Below are positions 52,631 to 61,772 of a DNA stretch of 64,000 nucleotides, one piece after another. Position 1 is the first letter of the stretch. Each line of letters starts with the position of its first letter. The stretch is from Candidatus Latescibacterota bacterium. Its GTDB lineage: Bacteria; Latescibacterota; UBA2968. The stretch lies in NCBI GenBank assembly GCA_965198115.1, contig OZ240241.1, forward strand, positions 5,408,001-5,472,000, written 5' to 3'. The position numbers were made by a program, and so were the translations under genes. The notes beneath the pieces are model-generated. The model worked only from the letters and a program-made list of their open reading frames with translations, had not been told where the DNA came from and made no database searches.

Positions 52631-53420
52631 GGGACGCCAACCTTTCTCGATTGTGTCGCCAGAGGATGTGTGCAGCTGGCCAGAGTACGACGGTCCACCA
52701 GACCTGCAGACCGATCAGAAACCCCGGATCGCCCGTACCCGTATAAATCCGCAAGGGCGCCGACGCCAGAGAAGCAAAAGGCAATAGCCCCAGGACCTCA
52801 CCGAGACTCCACGGCCACATTACGAGTGGAATAACCGCCCCGGATGCGAGCAGGCTCACCGCATCTCTGATCATCATCAACGGGTGTATACTCTGTTCGA
52901 GATAGACCATCAGGGCCGCATAGAGCACATCGAGGGCAGCGCCGACCGAAACGCCAAGCATCATGCTCGCGATGAACCAGACCGAAGCTGCGGACGAAGC
53001 CGGGGTGACTCTGACCCCGAGAAACGGAGCCATCAGCAGCAGCGGAAGAGAATGAAGAACGAGCCCGGGAACCCAGTCTCCGATCATCTCGGCAATGAAC
53101 TGACCATAAATGCCGATCGGCCGCAGCAGCCTGTTCACGATGATCCCCTCCCAAAGCGTGTCGCTGAGGGCCGTACGGATCGTCATCTGATTCGCGAAGA
53201 CTTCCGCGATCAGGGTATAGGTCATCACGGCGTCCAACGACATCCCAGAAATCACCGTTCTGTTTGCGAAGACGGAACGCCAAAGAGAAAGAAGAATGAC
53301 GACCCGTAGAACTCTGAGCATGAACCTTGCGGCCAAACCCCACCGATTATCGTGGAATGATCCGGACGAGACGATCCCGGCAGTCTTCCAGTACTTGTGG
53401 ATTGTGTTTCCCTGTAGCAT
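52620..53420 (-). CDS. ABC-2 family (DUF990-type) permease
   Basis: GIIVNRLLRP, ASGAVIPL, LLPFA, SHGG; start ATG 53420 with RBS AAGGA. Confidence 0.88.
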   Translation of the reverse strand: MLQGNTIHKYWKTAGIVSSGSFHDNRWGLAARFMLRVLRVVILLSLWRSVFANRTVISGMSLDAVMTYTLIAEVFANQMTIRTALSDTLWEGIIVNRLLRPIGIYGQFIAEMIGDWVPGLVLHSLPLLLMAPFLGVRVTPASSAASVWFIASMMLGVSVGAALDVLYAALMVYLEQSIHPLMMIRDAVSLLASGAVIPLVMWPWSLGEVLGLLPFASLASAPLRIYTGTGDPGFLIGLQVWWTVVLWPAAHILWRHNRERLASHGG

Positions 53421-53457
53421 CTGAATTGCATCCTTACGTGTCGAATGAAGTGGACAC

Positions 53458-53783
53458 AAAAAAACCACAGACCAATGGCCTGTGGGCAGCGGGGATACAG
53501 ACGCCGGAGGGTGATCCGGCCGAATGTCATAAAAGACTGTAATTACGACCTTTAGATCTTCCCCCTAAAAACGGAATGGACATACGTATCCCCTTGGAAG
53601 TCCAATGCATCTGCTTTTACCAGGATCCCGCGGTGTGCGAAACAGGATGACGCAAAAGACCCCACGATCCTTTCTTCGAATCGTTGGTCCTTCTCGAGTG
53701 TGTCTGTTGGGTAGCGTTCAACCATGCATCATCCTCTGGGCAGAAGCTTTCTAACCATATGATGTGACATCTCTACAGTCAAG
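53458..53783 (-). promoter_or_regulatory. Promoter plus attenuator-like leader with uORFs and terminators
   Basis: TTGACT-17-TATGGT (53783-53755); uORFs 53725-53552 and 53583-53527; terminator CCACAGGCC-att-GGTCTGTGG-T7 (53485-53458). Confidence 0.65.
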
Positions 53784-53857
53784 TTTGTGACAACCGATGC
53801 GGAGCTCCCATTGGCGGACTCTCCGGATCAGCCGGCCATCTTTGTTCACCTGCTCTG

Positions 53858-54305
53858 CTACTCGCACCGCAGCGCCTCAACTGGATTCGAGCTCGCTGCC
53901 CGGATCGCGTGGAAGCTGACTACCAGCAGGGCTAGCACGAACGCCCCAACGATGCCGACAAGATAGGGGACAGGGCCTTGGTTTGTCCTGTAGGCGAAGC
54001 CCTGGAGCCACTTCTCCATAAACCAGTAGGCAACGGGCAGCGCAACGACACTGGCGATCAGGACCCCACGCATCAGCTGACTCGAGATAAGCCGACAGAT
54101 ACTCGCCTCGGACGCACCGAGGGCTTTGCGGATTCCGATCTCTTTCGTTTTGCTCCTGACCAGGTAAGCGGCAAGACCGAGCAGACCCAGGCCTGCAATG
54201 AAGATTGCCAGGGCGGAAAACACGAAGAGACTTCTGGCAAACCTCCTCTCCTGCTGATAGAGTTCTGCCAGATTCTCGTCCACAAAGGAATAGCTTGCGG
54301 ATTAG
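53858..54305 (-). pseudogene. Orphan 3' fragment of a MacB/FtsX-type permease
   Basis: SYSFVDENLAELY...KTKEIGIRKALGAS...ASSNPVEALRCE; no 5' part present. Confidence 0.85.
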
Positions 54306-54577
54306 ATTCCCCACGGGCGGGAGCCCTCGACAGAAAAGAGAAAGCCACCGTCTGATCTCAGACGGCGGCTCCTGGATAACTCCGCTGGCTACAATTACAA
54401 ATGGGTTCAGCAAGATTTCTCACTGTGGCAATCTTGAGAAAAATCGCTTACAGACACCTGCAGGATTGCCCGGAACTTTACTCGTTGTATTTGCTAAAGA
54501 TATGAAGAAAGGGGGCCAGGAAATCCGGCCCCCTCTTTCAAGAAGGTACGAAGGCCGCCCCAGAAACGCCAACAGAA

Positions 54578-55214
54578 GTCATGACCTCCGGCAAAGCCGG
54601 AGGCTTGAAAACTTGTGAACCGCTCAAAGCGGTTGGAAACCAAGCGCCACCTAAAGGTGGCGATTACCTGAAAATGTTGAGCTGGTCGAGACGCCGGTCC
54701 TCCCGCTCCTGGTTCTGGATATACTCCCGAACCGTCTGTTCATCCTTGCCAACGGTGGAGACCCAGTAGCCTCTTGCCCAGAAATGCTGCCCGGTGAAGT
54801 TCGACCTGCGTCCCAGATAGTTCCGAGCAATGTGAATCGCACTCTTTCCTTTGATGAACCCTACCGTCTGAGCTACTGAGTGCTTCGGCGGGATCGAAAT
54901 CAGCGTGTGCACATGGTCGGATCGCAGGTGACCCTCTTCCACACGGCATTCCTTCTGTGCGGCCAGATCCCGAATCACCTCGCCCAGATAGCGACGAATT
55001 TCACCATACAACACTTTTCTACGATACTTCCGAACCCAAACAACGTCATACTTGCACTCCCAAACCGTGTGACGTAGACTCCTTACGTTGTTCATTAGAG
55101 AGCCTTCCTTCCGTGTGCTTTGAGCGGTCCACGGCAAGGGAGGCTCTTACATATTTCTGGAACTGTCAAACTCTGGGAGTCTCCCCGGCAGAGCCGGGGG
55201 CTTACCAAGGTTTA
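54578..55214 (-). mobile_element. IS200/IS605-family element (tnpA only), copy A, 637 bp
   Basis: LE hairpin CCCCCGG-ctctg-CCGGGG, RE hairpin CCTCCGGC-ttt-GCCGGAGG, RE ends in TGAC. Confidence 0.92.
54664..55095 (-). CDS. tnpA: IS200/IS605 Y1 transposase
   Basis: KYRRKVL, HUH motif DHVH, KGKS, FWARGY, catalytic Tyr in REYIQNQ. Confidence 0.93.
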   Translation of the reverse strand: MNNVRSLRHTVWECKYDVVWVRKYRRKVLYGEIRRYLGEVIRDLAAQKECRVEEGHLRSDHVHTLISIPPKHSVAQTVGFIKGKSAIHIARNYLGRRSNFTGQHFWARGYWVSTVGKDEQTVREYIQNQEREDRRLDQLNIFR

Positions 55215-55852
55215 GTCATGACCTCCGGCAAAGCCGGAGGCTTGAAAACTTGTGAACCGCTCAAAGCGGTTGGAAACCAAGCGCCACCTAAAGGTGGCGA
55301 TTACCTGAAAATGTTGAGCTGGTCGAGACGCCGGTCCTCCCGCTCCTGGTTCTGGATATACTCCCGAACCGTCTGTTCATCCTTGCCAACGGTGGAGACC
55401 CAGTAGCCTCTTGCCCAGAAATGCTGCCCGGTGAAGTTCGACCTGCGTCCCAGATAGTTCCGAGCAATGTGAATCGCACTCTTTCCTTTGATGAACCCTA
55501 CCGTCTGAGCTACTGAGTGCTTCGGCGGGATCGAAATCAGCATGTGCACATGGTCGGATCGCAGGTGACCCTCTTCCACACGGCATTCCTTCTGTGCGGC
55601 CAGATCCCGAATCACCTCGCCCAGATAGCGACGAATTTCACCATACAACACTTTTCTACGATACTTCCGAACCCAAACAACGTCATACTTGCTCCTCCCA
55701 TACCGTGTGACGTAGACTCCTTACGTTGTTCATTAGAGAGCCTTCCTTCCGTGTGCTTTGAGCGGTCCACGGCAAGGGAGGCTCTTACATATTTCTGGAA
55801 CTGTCAAACTCTGGGAGTCTCCCCGGCAGAGCCGGGGGCTTACCAAGGTTTA
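55215..55852 (-). mobile_element. IS200/IS605 copy B, 638 bp, head-to-tail with copy A
   Basis: Near-identical direct repeat; inserted 3' of TAAC on the minus strand. Confidence 0.92.
55301..55733 (-). pseudogene. tnpA: tnpA with +1 frameshift near 55693
   Basis: gctcctcccatacc versus gcactcccaaacc in copy A. Confidence 0.85.
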
Positions 55853-57690
55853 GTTACACAGAGGAAGACGGTATCTGGCCTGGCATGGTGGAACACCTCT
55901 GGCTGGAACGGGACGGACGCTTGGGCTACACGACGAGGGCGGGCCTGACAGGCAGTTTGACAACGGACCAGGACGCCCCCGAGACCAGCTTCCAAGTCGC
56001 TCCGACTGACGTTGGTTCCTCTGGTAACATCCAGTTGACGTGGTCCGGTCGCGACCTGTGGGACGTCACCCCGCAAGAGAAGGTCCGTTACCAGCACCGT
56101 CTGGACGATGGCGACTGGTCACCCTGGACGACCCAGGATGGTGCCACCCTCACATCTCTATCGCCGGGAAAACACCGCATTGAATTACGGGCTGCCGATC
56201 ACGAACTCAACGTGGACCCGACACCAGCCGTCCACGCCTTCGTGGTCGAATCCCCTTGGTGGCGCAATCCCATCGTGGCGGGTCCTGGCCTGCTGCTCGT
56301 CGTCGCTGTGCTCTTCCAGTCCGTCCGTGTTGTGCAGGCCAAGCGGAGGCTACAGGACTCGGTGGAGGCCCTATCAGCGGCGAACCACGATCTGTTCGAA
56401 GTAAACCAGGCTCTCCAGCGTGACAGAGCAGTCGAGCGGATTCGCGCAGAAGTTCAGTCGATGGATGAGGCCGAGGATTTCGAGAAAGTCCTCGCGTTAC
56501 TGACGACGGACCTCAAGGAAGTCGGCCTGGCCTTCCAGGCGTGTGAAATCGACGTTCTGGAGGAGCCTGTCGAACATCCCACAATGCGATTTTTTGAGGA
56601 AAGAGGGTTCCGTTATACAACCTACACATTAAACCCAGACGGCCACGTGGCTTCTGAAACGTTCGCTGTAGCTGCACCATTTCCCGCAGTGAATCGGCAG
56701 ACGCTCGAACGGTTCATCGCAGGAGAACCGTGGCAGGGCACGAGTGAAGGCCAGGCGATCGTGGAAGTGCCCGCAGGTGGCTATGGCCGCCTGCGTCTTA
56801 CAGCCGCCAATCGCGACAATTTTTCGGAGGACGAAGTAGCCACGCTTCGCGAATTTGCGGGCGCCGTTTCCCTGGGCTATGCACGCTATCTGGACATCCG
56901 TGAAATCCAGGTTCAAACAGAGCGGAAATCGGCGATGCTTGCCAGCATGTCTCACGAGCTCCGCACACCGATGAATGCAATAAAGGGCTTCACGAATCTG
57001 GTGCTTGGTCGACGCTCCGAGAACCTCAACGATCGGCAACGTGAGAACCTCAGCAAAGTGTCCCAAGCCTCTGACCATCTCCTCGCGATGATCAACGATC
57101 TTCTCGACCTGTCGAAGATCGAGGCGGGCAGGATGGACGTGAACCCCGAACGGTTCGACGTAACGGAACTGGTCACGTCGGCGTGCGACACGGTCAGCCC
57201 CCTGATACAGGAAGGCGTGGAGCTGCGGCAGGACGTGCCCGACGACATCGGCGAGGCAAACACCGACAAGGCGCGGCTCCAGCAGATGGTCATCAACCTC
57301 CTGAGCAACGCCATCAAGTTCACTGACAGCGGAACCATTACCGTCACGGCAAGCAGGGGGCAGGGAGCAGGGAGCACGGGGGACCAATCGGGCGCATCGC
57401 GCGTCTCTCCGACTCACGTCTCACGACTCACGTCTCACGACCTTGTGATCTCTGTCTCTGATACGGGCAAAGGCATTCCCGCGGAGGAGCTCCCAACCAT
57501 CTTCGACGAATACCGTCAGGCCGAAGGGTCGGAGAGCAGCGTCCAAAAGGGCACGGGGCTGAGGCTGTCCATAACCAAGAAGTTCGCTGAGTTGCTGGGC
57601 GGGACGATCAGCGTGGAGAGTGAGGTGGGGAAGGGCAGTACGTTCACGGTGCGGGTGCCGGTAGAGCATGAAGCGAAGGAAGCTGAGTAG
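55853..57690 (+). pseudogene. 5'-truncated beta-propeller/Y_Y_Y sensor histidine kinase
   Basis: Begins mid-blade at the IS boundary (YTEEDGIWPGMVEHLWLERDG); Y_Y_Y, TM, GAF-like, SHELRTPM, HATPase with G2 box GTGLRL. Confidence 0.85.
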
Positions 57691-57763
57691 AAGTCTTGCC
57701 CCAGGTAGGAGCCGTGGAACAGGTTGATGGATTGGGTCGGACAAACCACATCAGGAGGAGAGC

Positions 57764-58183
57764 ATGAGTGCCTTTGAGAACGCCAAGAGATTTTTCGATG
57801 CCTGTGAAGCCCCTGAAGGATGGGAAGGATGCAAGCCCTACGTTGTCGCGGGTGCGACTTTCACCGCGCAAAGCGAGCCCCTGGCTGACGTCGATACGGT
57901 TGAAGCTTATTGCGAGTGGATGGCTGGATTTGGCAAGGTAACAGCACCCGGAGCAACCTACGACCTGCATGCGTCAGCTTACGACGACGCGAGAAAAACA
58001 GCTGTCTTCTTCGCAACCTACCACGCCAAGCATACCGGCGAAGGCGGTCCCGTCCCTCCGACCAACAAGGAAACGAACTCGCACTATGTCTACATATTGA
58101 AGATGAACGAAGAGGACAAAGTCCAGCAGATGACCAAAATCTGGAATGCTCCGTGGGCGATGAAGGAACTCGGGTGGATGTGA
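57764..58183 (+). CDS. SnoaL/NTF2-like (polyketide cyclase-like) protein
   Basis: RBS AGGAGGAG; HTGEGGPVPPT, KIWNA...LGW. Confidence 0.8.
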   Translation: MSAFENAKRFFDACEAPEGWEGCKPYVVAGATFTAQSEPLADVDTVEAYCEWMAGFGKVTAPGATYDLHASAYDDARKTAVFFATYHAKHTGEGGPVPPTNKETNSHYVYILKMNEEDKVQQMTKIWNAPWAMKELGWM

Positions 58184-58220
58184 TTGGTCGTCAGGCATCC
58201 GGGGACCCAGTGACGTTTGG

Positions 58221-58311
58221 TTGTTGGGCGGGACGATAGGCGTGGAGAGCGAGGTAGGCAGGCAGCACGTTTACGGTGGGGGTGCCGGTCGAGTACCATA
58301 CGGAAATCTGA
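58221..58311 (+). pseudogene. Histidine-kinase 3'-end remnant 1
   Basis: LLGGTIGVESEVG/GSTFTVGVPVEYHTEI*, with a 2-nt deletion. Confidence 0.85.
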
Positions 58312-58336
58312 CGGAACGCAGCAGGAGATATGACCC

Positions 58337-59556
58337 ATGGCACAGTACGATGTGATTACAGTGGGTGGCGGTCTTGCTGGGTCTGCGTTGGCCACGGCTC
58401 TCGCAAGAGATGGCATGAGGGTGCTGGTGCTTGAACGGACGGAGGTCTTCCAGGATCGGGTACGGGGCGAGCAGGTGCATCCTTGGGGGGTCGTTGAGCT
58501 CAAGGAGCTGGGTCTTTACGACCTCCTTCTCGGATCGTGTGGACACGAGCTTCCGTGGCTCGATATGTTCCTCTGGCCCGAACAGATAGCCCACCGGGAC
58601 CTGAGGATTACGACTCCTCAGCAGGCACCCGAGTTTTCGTTCTACCATCCTGCCACTCGCGCAGGCCGCCGAGGAGGCAGGGGCCGAGGTACGACGTGGT
58701 GTGCGTGTTACAGGCGTCGAACCGGGTTCGAACCCGCGCGTCCTGCTGGAAGCAAACGGGAACGGGTCCGAATCCATCGAAGCCCGAATCGTTGTCGGGT
58801 GCGATGGGCGACGCTCCACCGTGCGCACATGGGCCGGTTTCGAGATGCATCAAGATCCTCTGACTCAGTGTATTGCGGGCCTACTTTTCCAGGGTACGGG
58901 TGCTCCCGCAGAGGACACCTCCCACATTGTTATCAATCCACGGCTGGGTCGAGTGACCGCGCTTTTTCCGCAGAGAGATGGTCAGCTGCGTGCCTATCTC
59001 ATCTGGCAGAATGCCGAGGAAATGCGACTTCAGGGTGAAACGGACATCCCTCGCTTTATTGACGAATCTGTGAAAACCGGAGCTCCCGCCGAATGCTATG
59101 AAGGGGCATCTCCGGCCGGGCCCCTGGCCACCTTCGACGCTGTTGATACGTGGGTACCCCCATCCCTATCGTGATGGTGTTGCACTCATCGGTGATGCAG
59201 CCGCTGCCAACGATCCTTCATACGGTGAAGGCCTTTCGCTAACCGTCCGTGACGTCCGGGTCCTCAGAGACAGTCTATTGCGGGAAAACGACTGGGAGAA
59301 AGCAGGCCACGACTACGCATCCGAACACGACCGTCATTACCGCGTCATCCACGAGGTAACACAGCTGCTGACTCAGCTCTTTTTGCAGCGAGGTCCTGCT
59401 GCAGACGAGCGGCGTGCCCGGGCTTTCCCTCTTATCGCACAAGACGAGACTCGCGTTCCCGATCACATCGTGGTCCCGACCTGCCTTTTGACGATTCCGT
59501 GCGTAGCCGATTCTTTGGCGAAGACTGATAATCAAGAAGAAGGATGTTTCGTCTGA
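58337..59556 (+). pseudogene. FAD-dependent monooxygenase with several frameshifts
   Basis: VGGGLAG, VGCDGRRS, LIGDAA...P..GEG spread over three frames. Confidence 0.88.
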
Positions 59557-59566
59557 TCTTTTTCGC

Positions 59567-59595
59567 GACGATCAGCGTGGAGAGCGAGGTGGGCA
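59567..59595 (+). pseudogene. Histidine-kinase 3'-end remnant 2
   Basis: GACGATCAGCGTGGAGAGCGAGGTGGG, near-identical to 57603-57629. Confidence 0.8.
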
Positions 59596-59962
59596 ATGGC
59601 CCGAATTCTAGTTATCGATGACGAAACGACGGTCCGTGAGATGCTGACCGACGTCCTCGAAGAGGAGGGGCACGAGGTGACGTGCGCCGAAGACGGGCGT
59701 CGAAGGAATCGCCCAATACAGGAAGGCGCTGCACGATCTCGTCATTACGGACGTTTTTATGCCGGAAAAGTCGGGACTGGAGACAATTCTCGACCTGAAA
59801 GATGAATTTCCTCAGATCAAGATCATAGCGATGTCCGGATGGGACGCGAAGGATGCTGTCGACGTGTTGGCGATGTCGGAAGAGTGGGGTGCGGACGGTG
59901 TGCTGTCAAAGCCGTTCAAGGCCGAGGAAGTGACGAGCAAGATAAGGGCTCTGTTGGGATGA
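59596..59962 (+). pseudogene. Single-domain response regulator, +1 frameshift near 59697
   Basis: ILVIDDE; DLVITDVFMPEKSG...IIAMSG...SKPF in the second frame. Confidence 0.85.
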
Positions 59963-59965
59963 CCA

Positions 59966-60094
59966 GGGCTCTGGGATTGAAAAAGAAGAGAATCGCGGAA
60001 CTGATGGTCGGGACCATCGAAAAGCGAGGGGGGAAAGGGCAGCACGTTTACGGTGCGGGTGCCGGTGGCGTATCGAGAGCGGAAGCGGACCTGA
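59966..60094 (+). pseudogene. Histidine-kinase 3'-end remnant 3
   Basis: Degenerate IAELMVGTIE../GKGSTFTVRVPVAYRERKRT*. Confidence 0.8.
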
Positions 60095-60126
60095 GCGCTT
60101 AAGACACGGTCGCGTGACAAACAGTA

Positions 60127-60161
60127 GCCCCTCTCTCACTCGAGGAAGGGGCCTCTTTTTT
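60127..60161 (+). terminator. Intrinsic terminator hit by ISL3 copy 4
   Basis: GCCCCT...AGGGGC followed by a T6 tract abutting the IRL. Confidence 0.65.
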
Positions 60162-61581
60162 GGCTCTATCCGGGTTTCTCAACGGTGAAACTATAGAATG
60201 ACAAGGTCATAGATCGTTCCCTACGCTTGGTTGTGTGTGTAGGACAATCAAAGCGAAGGGGGTGCGACCTATGACCGGGAGCAGATTACTATCGAAACTG
60301 CTGAGATTCAAGGGGTTCCGTGTTGTCAGCTGGTGGTTTGAGGGGAGAAGCTGCTTCGTCATCGCCGTAAAGCCACATAAGAATGGTTGTTGTTGTCCGG
60401 AGTGCGGCCGTCGAGGTAAAATCGTCCGCACAATGCCCCATCCGCGTCGGTGGCGTGACATTCCGGTGTGCGGGTGGAGGGTCTGGCTTCTCTACCATCC
60501 TCGGGAGATTCGGTGTCCTACCCACGGTCGTGTGGTCGAGGAGATTCCGTGGGCGGAGCGGTTCTCTCGGGTGACGTATCGCTTCGAGTATGCCATGCTG
60601 CGCTACTGCCAGACCATGACGCAGAAGGCGGCGTCCGAGTTACTGCGCATCTCTGCCTCGACGCTGTCGGATCTCCTTCACCGATCCATCACGCGGCTTC
60701 GTGAAGGTCATCGTATCCGAGGGCTCAAAACCATCGGGATCGACGAGATCTCCTACGCCAAGCGTCACAGGTACGCCACGCTCGTTTACGATCTGGACCG
60801 CTCCTGCGTGGTGTGGGTTGGCCGCGGCAGGGCGCGTAAAACGATCGATCGGTTCTTCACAGAGGCTCTCAGTCCCTACCGGAGATCCAAGATCGAGTGG
60901 GCCTGCTGCGACATGAGCGAAGCTTACATCGGAGCCATCCAGGAACACTGTCCGAATGCCAAGCTGGTCCTCGATCGCTTTCACATCGTCAAGGCTCTCA
61001 ATGCCGCCGTTGACGAGGTCCGTAAGGACCAGTGGCGTAAAGCTGCCCCGGATGAGCGCAAAGCCATGAAGGGCCTCCGATGGCTCCTCTACCGGCACTC
61101 AGCGACACGCTCCAGAGGGGATACTCGGACACTCAAAGCACTGGAGAAGGCGAACTACCGAATCTATAGAGCCTGGAGACTCAAGGACGAGTTCGAGCAG
61201 TTCTGGGAATACAAAGCGCCCTGGGCTGCCGAACGCTTCCTGAAATGCTGGACGACGTCCGCACTCAGAAGTCGACTTGAACCCCTGCGAAAGTTCGTCA
61301 GGACCCTGCGACAGCACTTCTTCGGCGTCCTCGCATTCGTGAACACGCGACTTACAAACGCCATCGCCGAAGGCCTCAACCGAATCGTCCAAATCGTCAA
61401 GAACCGAGCCAGCGGATTCCGCACACTCGACGCATTCAACGATATGATCTTCCTTACCGTCGGAGACCTAAACATCCCTGAGCAGATTCCGAAGAGGTTC
61501 CGCACACGCTAACCGCGCCCCCATGCCAGGAACCACGGCACCTTCACCCACTTCATCTCGTTGAGAGATCCGGATATAGCC
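60162..61581 (+). mobile_element. ISL3 copy 4 (1420 bp), no target duplication
   Basis: Same IRs; flanks TCTTTTTT and ATTAAGTG differ. Confidence 0.95.
60235..61512 (+). CDS. ISL3 transposase, intact
   Basis: 425-aa ORF, near-identical to the other copies. Confidence 0.95.
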   Translation: MCRTIKAKGVRPMTGSRLLSKLLRFKGFRVVSWWFEGRSCFVIAVKPHKNGCCCPECGRRGKIVRTMPHPRRWRDIPVCGWRVWLLYHPREIRCPTHGRVVEEIPWAERFSRVTYRFEYAMLRYCQTMTQKAASELLRISASTLSDLLHRSITRLREGHRIRGLKTIGIDEISYAKRHRYATLVYDLDRSCVVWVGRGRARKTIDRFFTEALSPYRRSKIEWACCDMSEAYIGAIQEHCPNAKLVLDRFHIVKALNAAVDEVRKDQWRKAAPDERKAMKGLRWLLYRHSATRSRGDTRTLKALEKANYRIYRAWRLKDEFEQFWEYKAPWAAERFLKCWTTSALRSRLEPLRKFVRTLRQHFFGVLAFVNTRLTNAIAEGLNRIVQIVKNRASGFRTLDAFNDMIFLTVGDLNIPEQIPKRFRTR

Positions 61582-61582
61582 A

Positions 61583-61744
61583 TTAAGTGACGAAAGCGTC
61601 CGTGTTCGCCACAACGCCGCCTTGACACTCATCAAGATCGGCACCCCGGCCGTCGCAGCCCGAAACGAGCTCACACAGGCGCTCGAAGACGAAAACCGCT
61701 ACGTCCGTGCCCTCTCCCGCCTTGCTCTCGGCCGAACGAAGTAG
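61583..61744 (+). pseudogene. 3' fragment of a HEAT-repeat gene cut at the IS boundary
   Basis: LSDESVRVRHNAALTLIKIG...ALEDENRYVRALSRLAL*. Confidence 0.8.
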
Positions 61745-61772
61745 TGCCCAACCCAATCCTCAACTCTCGATC

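Noticed and set aside
54205-54618. 5' part of the truncated kinase on the other side of the IS200 dimer
   Set aside because: The frame is open across the empty site, but it has no signal peptide or propeller motifs, contains a terminator-like hairpin, and overlaps the antisense permease fragment.
54578-55852. TnpB/IscB OMEGA system
   Set aside because: Each unit is 637-638 bp with tnpA only; there is no nuclease ORF.
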